A program made the translations under genes and the position numbers. Shown here one piece after another: positions 58,850-64,000 of a DNA stretch of 64,000 nucleotides. The notes beneath the pieces are model-generated. The model had not been told where the DNA came from. It was given only the letters and a program-made list of their open reading frames with translations, and searched no databases. The stretch's first letter is position 1, and each line of letters starts with the position of its first letter. This DNA comes from an uncultured Candidatus Saccharibacteria bacterium (GTDB taxonomy: Bacteria > Patescibacteriota > Minisyncoccia > Phycocordibacterales > UBA918), in contig CAZCWH010000001.1 of assembly GCA_964502345.1 (NCBI GenBank), positions 167 to 64,166 of the forward strand. The letters run 5' to 3'.

Positions 58850-60379
58850 TTACTTTAGAATTTTATTGACGTCACTTATTTCCTTTTCTATAAGCGTCTC
58901 AGAGACTTCGAGTGCCTGATTGAGGCCTTCTACAGCTTCACGCTCCTTCTTTGATAGTCGTTGTTTCTTAGTAATGAGGTTAATCTGATCGTAAATTTCG
59001 TCACGAAGTGCAGAGAATATCTTTTCCATCTGGTCCTGAATTTCCTTCGTCTCTTTACGAAGTTTGTGCTCCTTCTGGTCATGCTGCTTTCGTAGATAAA
59101 TCATATACCCTGTCTGGCAGAAGAAAAGGATTATGAGGAGCATAATTATGAGATTCTTTCCCTTGAAGAAATCCCAAATTGAACTTTCATCAATAACCGC
59201 TGATGGAGGAAGCCATCCGGCAGTAATAAGGACAGGGACAGTTGAACGCATCTTATTGCCTGCAAAGTCATATGCTACAACCTCAACAGTATATGTTCCG
59301 TCCTCGAGCTTATTGAGAAGGTAACCAAGTTTCGCCTCATCAGGCGTTACTTCAATCATCTCTTGGTCGGCGATGGTCATTTCGTATCGCTCAATACCTG
59401 AAGTTTCATCTTTTGCTTCAAAGGTGAGCATCGGGAATGATGTAGGTGAGTTGCCAGCACGCACATTTATCGTAAATGGCTGCGGAGGTTGCGTATCAAT
59501 CTTCAACATTCGATGCAGAATACCTCCCCACCCAACCTGATTCTTAAATTGAAGCGTCAAGTACTGCACTCCTTCAAAAAGTACTTCATCATTAGTTGTA
59601 AACTCTTCAATCGGAGGGTCATATCGGGTGACTGGTGTAAAGTCTGATGACGTTGCAATATCGAGCGCTACTTCAGTAACATCAAATGGAAGCGTCCAGG
59701 TAAAAATACCAGTCTTGGTTGAATACCATAATTCAGGATCTAAAAATGTGGTTGAGCCTGCCTCTGGAGCGCGGGGTGGATCACCAAATGTAATAGTTGC
59801 ATCGTCAGATGGCTCTTCTGCAACAGGCTCTTCTTCGGATGGTGGAGGTGTTACCGGTGCGGTTGCCGCGGTTACTGTATAGCTTGCTGGATTTCCACGT
59901 GTATAGACATCAGTGCCGAGGCCGTCAGCCGCAAGCACTGAAGCTGACGCAACAGTGGCTGCGCCTGTTCCTTCCGCAAGTGTTTTAAAGGTTACAGCAA
60001 TCAGGGTTGACCGTGCAGTGAACGGTGTCGGACTTCCTCCTCCAAAGTCAATGGTACCAGCACTGTTTGAAAAGGTTGGTTCTGTTGTCCATAGTGAAAA
60101 TACTGAACCAGTTTTTGAAACACTTACCACCGAGAGCTTTGTATTATCAAATGACAATTTCGCTTCAACCGCATTGACACTTTTACCCTGTGGATCAACC
60201 TGCACCGTCACCGTGAACGATTGTCCAATTGCATAACTGCCCGTTGATGGCGAAAAGTTGATTTCCGCCGCATGTGCAAACGTCGCTGCACCAAAAAAAC
60301 CGAGTGCAAGCACCGTGAGGTAAAATATTTTTCTAAATTGATTTAAATGAACTGAAAGAACCATAAACGTAAGACACAT
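58850..60379 (-). CDS. cohesin-domain bitopic membrane protein with a cytoplasmic coiled-coil tail
   Basis: signal peptide. Cohesin-like AEINFSPSTGSYAIGQSFTVTVQVDPQGKSVNAVEAKLSFDNTKLSVVSVS...SLW. TM (IIMLLIILFFCQTGYMIY) plus a ~100-aa charged helical tail. The likely start is ATG at 60379 with an AAGGAG SD. The track start 60382 is GTG. Confidence 0.7.
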   Translation of the reverse strand: MCLTFMVLSVHLNQFRKIFYLTVLALGFFGAATFAHAAEINFSPSTGSYAIGQSFTVTVQVDPQGKSVNAVEAKLSFDNTKLSVVSVSKTGSVFSLWTTEPTFSNSAGTIDFGGGSPTPFTARSTLIAVTFKTLAEGTGAATVASASVLAADGLGTDVYTRGNPASYTVTAATAPVTPPPSEEEPVAEEPSDDATITFGDPPRAPEAGSTTFLDPELWYSTKTGIFTWTLPFDVTEVALDIATSSDFTPVTRYDPPIEEFTTNDEVLFEGVQYLTLQFKNQVGWGGILHRMLKIDTQPPQPFTINVRAGNSPTSFPMLTFEAKDETSGIERYEMTIADQEMIEVTPDEAKLGYLLNKLEDGTYTVEVVAYDFAGNKMRSTVPVLITAGWLPPSAVIDESSIWDFFKGKNLIIMLLIILFFCQTGYMIYLRKQHDQKEHKLRKETKEIQDQMEKIFSALRDEIYDQINLITKKQRLSKKEREAVEGLNQALEVSETLIEKEISDVNKILK

Positions 60380-60840
60380 CACTGCTCCTTTGTACGTGCT
60401 CGACTTATCTTTAAACGAACCTTCTCCTTTTCTTCAGGTCGCAGAAGAGGAAGGATAAGGACCAGTACTCCATTCTTAATCTTTGCCTCTGCACCCTCAA
60501 TATCAACACTTTCTGGTAAGATGATTCGTCTATAAAAATCGCCCCAGACGCATTCTTCAGTAAAGAAAGCACCTTCAGGCTTTTTCTTTGGGAATGCCAA
60601 ATGTTCTGGGCGCAACCGCTTACCCTCAATAAGCACAACATCGGCATCACCCTCAATAGACACATGAATATCGGTGAGCTCAGCCCCGGCAGCTTGTGCA
60701 TATACGGTAATAAGATCAGTCGTCTGAAATACATCGACATCGAGTTGCACAATCTTATCAAGTGCCGTTTCTTCTTCGCTCGATTGCAGACGTTGTTCAG
60801 TTCGAATACCTCTTCCCTTGAGTCTTTGCAAAAAGGACAT
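60379..60840 (-). CDS. Hsp20/alpha-crystallin family small heat-shock protein
   Basis: 153 aa with an alpha-crystallin domain (LDVDVFQTTDLITVYAQAAGAE...IEGKRL...GDFYRRIILPESVDIEGAEAKIKNGVLVLILP). Its stop TGA overlaps the ATG of the downstream cohesin gene as TGATG. Confidence 0.85.
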   Translation of the reverse strand: MSFLQRLKGRGIRTEQRLQSSEEETALDKIVQLDVDVFQTTDLITVYAQAAGAELTDIHVSIEGDADVVLIEGKRLRPEHLAFPKKKPEGAFFTEECVWGDFYRRIILPESVDIEGAEAKIKNGVLVLILPLLRPEEKEKVRLKISRARTKEQ

Positions 60841-61030
60841 ACGATATCATTCTACTTGAAATGTTCAAAATATTACTGCGACTTATACACAAATGTTGCT
60901 TTAAGAAGATATCAGAAAAATGCTGACAGAAATTACTATCGCTGCAACTCCGAGGGGCGGTACACCTTTCGCAGAGATTGGCCCAGGCCACTCTCTCTGC
61001 CTACTGCATTCACCTTGTGTTCAAGGTCCT

Positions 61031-61053
61031 AAAAAAGCACCCCGTGCTTTTTT
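61031..61053. terminator. bidirectional intrinsic terminator AAAAAAGCAC-ccc-GTGCTTTTTT
   Basis: perfect 10-nt complementary arms with a GC core, flanked by an A-run and a T-run. A degenerate copy sits at ~28321-28345. Confidence 0.55.
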
Positions 61054-61084
61054 AGCCCGTCCAGTTGAAGATCATGATTGAAAA
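61052..61084 (-). pseudogene. orphan remnant of a dockerin C-terminus (encodes FSIMIFNWTG-stop) without an upstream ORF
   Basis: reverse-complement reads ttt tca atc atg atc ttc aac tgg acg ggc taa. That is 10/10 aa identical to the end of the 61171..63042 protein and ~70% nt identical to the 3' ends of both dockerin genes. The frame is closed a few codons upstream. Confidence 0.4.
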
Positions 61085-61170
61085 ATTAAATGAAGAAATG
61101 AAAGTAATGAATATTCTGAATTTATGTCCCGATTTTCCCCTTTCAAGGGAAAATCGCTGGACCACGCCAA

Positions 61171-63042
61171 TTATCCAGTCCAATTAAAGATCATGATCGA
61201 GAAGTCCGTCAAAGATACCTTTCCGTCACGATTGATGTCTGCAGGTGGATTTGAAGCACCTCCGTTTGAATTCCACCAGTAGAGAAGAATAGAAAAGTCG
61301 ATTAGATTTACCTTGCCGTCACGATTCAGGTCTGATGTTTGTGGTACTTGCGCCTGTGCACCTACTCCGTAATATGTAAAGTCAGAAAAATTAGTCGAGA
61401 CACCTCCATCCTGGCGAGCTTTTGCCCTTACCTTGTACGTACCTGTTTGAAAACCTGAAGTACTTAAATCGATTGACCACGCACCATTTGCGTCGGATGT
61501 AGCGGTGAGTGTTTTAAGACTGGCACTTGATTTATCATTTTGATTTTCAATAGTAATGGTAGCGTCTGGAATCGCAAATCCTGATATTTGGACTATACTA
61601 TTAGGATCGACAGGGTTTGGGGTCACCTTGATTGAAGGCATTACATTAATGTTAGAAAGTGTCGAACCACGAGCCCCTGAGACGGTAAATGTTGTCGAGA
61701 AAGTACTTGAACGAGTGCCGTTTTTATCTACAGCATACACACCAAAGGTATATACGCCACGGGCAATAAGATCAATGAGTACAGAAAATTCTCCTGTTGT
61801 CCCTGCTGTATCCTGCTCAGCAATCTGACCGTCGACGAGTACATACACCGTACTACGCGGGAAGGCGTACCCATTAACAATAACCCTACCATCGCCACTC
61901 TGGTACACTTTCTCTGACCCCTCCAGTCCACCTCCGCCATCGTCTCCACCACTTGATGATCCTGTACCCCCTCCGCCACCTCCACCTCCGCCTCCGCCAG
62001 AAGAGCCACCACTCGAGTCATCACCACCGGAAGGATCTCCCCCACCATCATCTACATCCCCCGAACCTTCTCCTGTACCAGAGCCCTCTCCTTCATCTTC
62101 ACCCTCTGCTCCTGGTGTTCCTTCCGGATATTCAGGCACAGTAAAGGTGAGTACATAGTCATCAATATTTACGTTCCCTTCATCGTCAATACAACGAATG
62201 AAAAACGTGTAGGTGGTACTTGTGGACACAGATATTGTTTCAGGATGAATCGTCGTAAAATTTGAAGTAAACTCAGACCCCATTGAAAAGTATGGCGTGC
62301 CTGAGGCAGTGCTATATCGACATTTCGAAAACTCATCAGTCTCAACGGAAATTTGCACTGCAAGTGAAGTACCTGAAATAGTTCCTGAAGGAGCCCCATT
62401 GAAGCGGACTGGTGGGTCAGTCTCCGTCGTGTCAAGATTAGGAACCGAGACTCTATCGACAGTAGCCACATGTCCTCTCACTCGCTCATCAGTACCTCCA
62501 CCTCCTGCCTCAATATGAAACTCAAATGTACCTGTTGCTGATGGATTAAGTAAACCAACATCTGTAGTAGTCGCATTTGTTGTGTGTGAACCAATAAGTA
62601 GACGAATGTATCTATTTGCTGGAATCCCAGTGGTCGAATTGAGTGTCACTTCAATATTCCCTGAAGTCCCAGTCGTAATTGCCACACCATCATCCACGGC
62701 ATCAGGAGTCACTGTTGCTGTACGAAGCGTATACCCTGACTCTGCTGAAGCTGATACATACATTTCAACATTATCAATATCAAAATCAGATACAGGTACA
62801 GTAAACGCTCCATCCTCAGGTATGAATCGTACATAGCCACCAGGTGGAATAGCAACGGTCGTCTTAAACTGTATGGTGTGGTTTGAATACTCACTCGGAA
62901 CAGAGTTAGAAAGTGTGTCCTTGTACTCGTGTATTGTTGCAGCAAAAACTGCATGTACTACAAATAAAAAAGACAAAACGCTCAGTGCAACAAAAGCGAG
63001 TTTAAATAAATCTTTATATAAAAAACGGCCCCATACATCCAT
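61171..63042 (-). CDS. secreted dockerin-bearing protein (623 aa). N-terminal head domain, long Gly/Ser/Asp linker (G13 run), two Ig-like domains, and a C-terminal dockerin.
   Basis: signal peptide. The C-terminal ~200 aa are paralogous to the 28538..29662 protein and end DLNRDGKVNLIDFSILLYWW...DINRDGKVSLTDFSIMIFNWTG. Confidence 0.7.
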   Translation of the reverse strand: MDVWGRFLYKDLFKLAFVALSVLSFLFVVHAVFAATIHEYKDTLSNSVPSEYSNHTIQFKTTVAIPPGGYVRFIPEDGAFTVPVSDFDIDNVEMYVSASAESGYTLRTATVTPDAVDDGVAITTGTSGNIEVTLNSTTGIPANRYIRLLIGSHTTNATTTDVGLLNPSATGTFEFHIEAGGGGTDERVRGHVATVDRVSVPNLDTTETDPPVRFNGAPSGTISGTSLAVQISVETDEFSKCRYSTASGTPYFSMGSEFTSNFTTIHPETISVSTSTTYTFFIRCIDDEGNVNIDDYVLTFTVPEYPEGTPGAEGEDEGEGSGTGEGSGDVDDGGGDPSGGDDSSGGSSGGGGGGGGGGGTGSSSGGDDGGGGLEGSEKVYQSGDGRVIVNGYAFPRSTVYVLVDGQIAEQDTAGTTGEFSVLIDLIARGVYTFGVYAVDKNGTRSSTFSTTFTVSGARGSTLSNINVMPSIKVTPNPVDPNSIVQISGFAIPDATITIENQNDKSSASLKTLTATSDANGAWSIDLSTSGFQTGTYKVRAKARQDGGVSTNFSDFTYYGVGAQAQVPQTSDLNRDGKVNLIDFSILLYWWNSNGGASNPPADINRDGKVSLTDFSIMIFNWTG

Positions 63043-63342
63043 GGTACTTGCTTATTGTACCGTACGTAACCACTGATTATTGACTCCCGGTGCGTATAAA
63101 TCCATCCTCAGTGCTCATTTGTATAGAACATGCTTCCCTGAGCAAAGTTCGAGATAAAAGAAGCATTAGGAAAAGCATTATCGCTAATATTCTTATATTT
63201 CAGTTATTTTGAGACGTCTAGCCCTTTCATCATGAACGATGAAAGGGAGACGGAAGTTCGCAATAGTCGCTACTTCTTACAGAAGCTGTTTAGGTTGTTG
63301 CAAGTTTGTCTCCAGAGTCACAAACTTGCTAACAACCTCTTG

Positions 63343-63364
63343 CAAAAGTGCACAGCACTTTTTC
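63343..63364. terminator. intrinsic terminator-like hairpin AAAAGTGC-aca-GCACTTTT with a flanking T-run
   Basis: 8-nt complementary arms, plus-sense TTTTT at 63359-63363, and an A-run on the other side so it is bidirectional. It lies in the 460-bp intergenic region upstream of the dockerin gene. Confidence 0.45.
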
Positions 63365-63504
63365 ACTCGTTGCTCACTTTTTATAAAACCTGATTTCCTG
63401 AGCAAAGTTCGAGGCAAAACTAAGTTTTTGATTAAGCCCTACTTGGCGTAGGGTGAGATGAAAAACTGACGTTTTAACGAGGAAATTTGCCAGGAAAGCA
63501 GGTT

Positions 63505-64000
63505 TTATTTCACACATCTAAAGCCGATACCTATACTCGCAGACGTAGGGAGTGTATCGGCATGAATTGAATAGGTACCTGCATCTTTACCACTATCGTA
63601 GTAACCGCCACGGATCATACCGTAAGCACCTGTCTCATTAACCCAGAAATAGTCTTCCCCAAAAAGTGACTGGGGGATATCAGTTGAAACGATAGCGACT
63701 CCTCCAACATCGACTTGTGCAACATACCCTTCCTGAGGCAGTAATCGTTCTTTATATTTTCCATCGATTATGTCATCACTTACCCACTCCCACACATTAC
63801 CCACAAAATCATATGCACCATGTGGAGAAACACATTCTGCATAGGCACCTGTTTTTGAAACTTGTTTAGAATTTACATTACATGCTGCTTCTACAGTGGT
63901 CATACCAAGACTGAGTTGATACCACTCCTCTGCGGTCGGTAAGCGCTTACCAGCCCGTGCACACATCTGCATCGCCTGATCACGAGTGACAAACCCCCAT
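63505..64000 (-). CDS. formylglycine-generating-enzyme (FGE-sulfatase/SUMF1) domain protein, 5' end beyond window
   Basis: ...WGFVTRDQAMQMCARAGKRLPTAEEWYQLS...GNVWEWVSD...RGG matches conserved FGE-sulfatase motifs. The frame stays open to the last base of the window. Confidence 0.75.
   Translation of the reverse strand, partial: WGFVTRDQAMQMCARAGKRLPTAEEWYQLSLGMTTVEAACNVNSKQVSKTGAYAECVSPHGAYDFVGNVWEWVSDDIIDGKYKERLLPQEGYVAQVDVGGVAIVSTDIPQSLFGEDYFWVNETGAYGMIRGGYYDSGKDAGTYSIHADTLPTSASIGIGFRCVK

Noticed and set aside
60940-61030. Possible tRNA or small RNA in GGGGCGGTACACCTTTCGCAGAGATTGGCCCAGGCCAC...
   Set aside because: No T-loop (GTTCRANYC) or cloverleaf could be drawn by eye on either strand. 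It is left unannotated. A tRNAscan/Infernal run would settle it.

Overview
This 64-kb window is consistent with a small-genome, monoderm-like bacterium. CPR/Patescibacteria-like is inference only. Every substantial gene is on the minus strand. The only plus-strand candidate is a 59-aa ORF that I found by hand.

The left ~10 kb is housekeeping. It holds uvrB, tgt translationally coupled to an FKBP PPIase, a CapA/PgsA-like metallophosphatase, an AI-2E transporter, and a TlpA-like redoxin whose CXXC has become SPFS.

The remaining ~52 kb is a cell-surface island. It contains two giant secreted proteins. One is 2471 aa with tandem BNR/sialidase-like propellers. The other is 7248 aa on a 21.7-kb gene, with phage-tail-collar-like HxH repeats, DUF2341+LamG pairs, beta-helix repeats and internal duplications including a 100%-identical 320-bp core. 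There are four cohesin-like bitopic membrane proteins with cytoplasmic coiled-coil tails. Three proteins carry C-terminal dockerin-like modules, and one of them also has a cohesin. Three DUF916/CscA-like membrane anchors are present. The island also has an FN3 protein, a MacB/FtsEX-like ABC pair, an Hsp20 coupled to a cohesin gene, and a partial FGE-sulfatase gene at the right edge.

The most interesting reading is a non-cellulolytic cohesin-dockerin surface-assembly system wired to giant adhesins. Each adhesin sits upstream of CscA-like anchors, as in WxL clusters.

The supplied ORF track misses a 524-aa gene at 476..2050, which I verified by manual translation.

Intergenic regions carry a tandem 112-bp repeat and a dispersed family of short motifs and palindromes, including an 18-nt CTTCT-N3-AGAAG site in three places. 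No CRISPR array, rRNA or convincing tRNA was seen.
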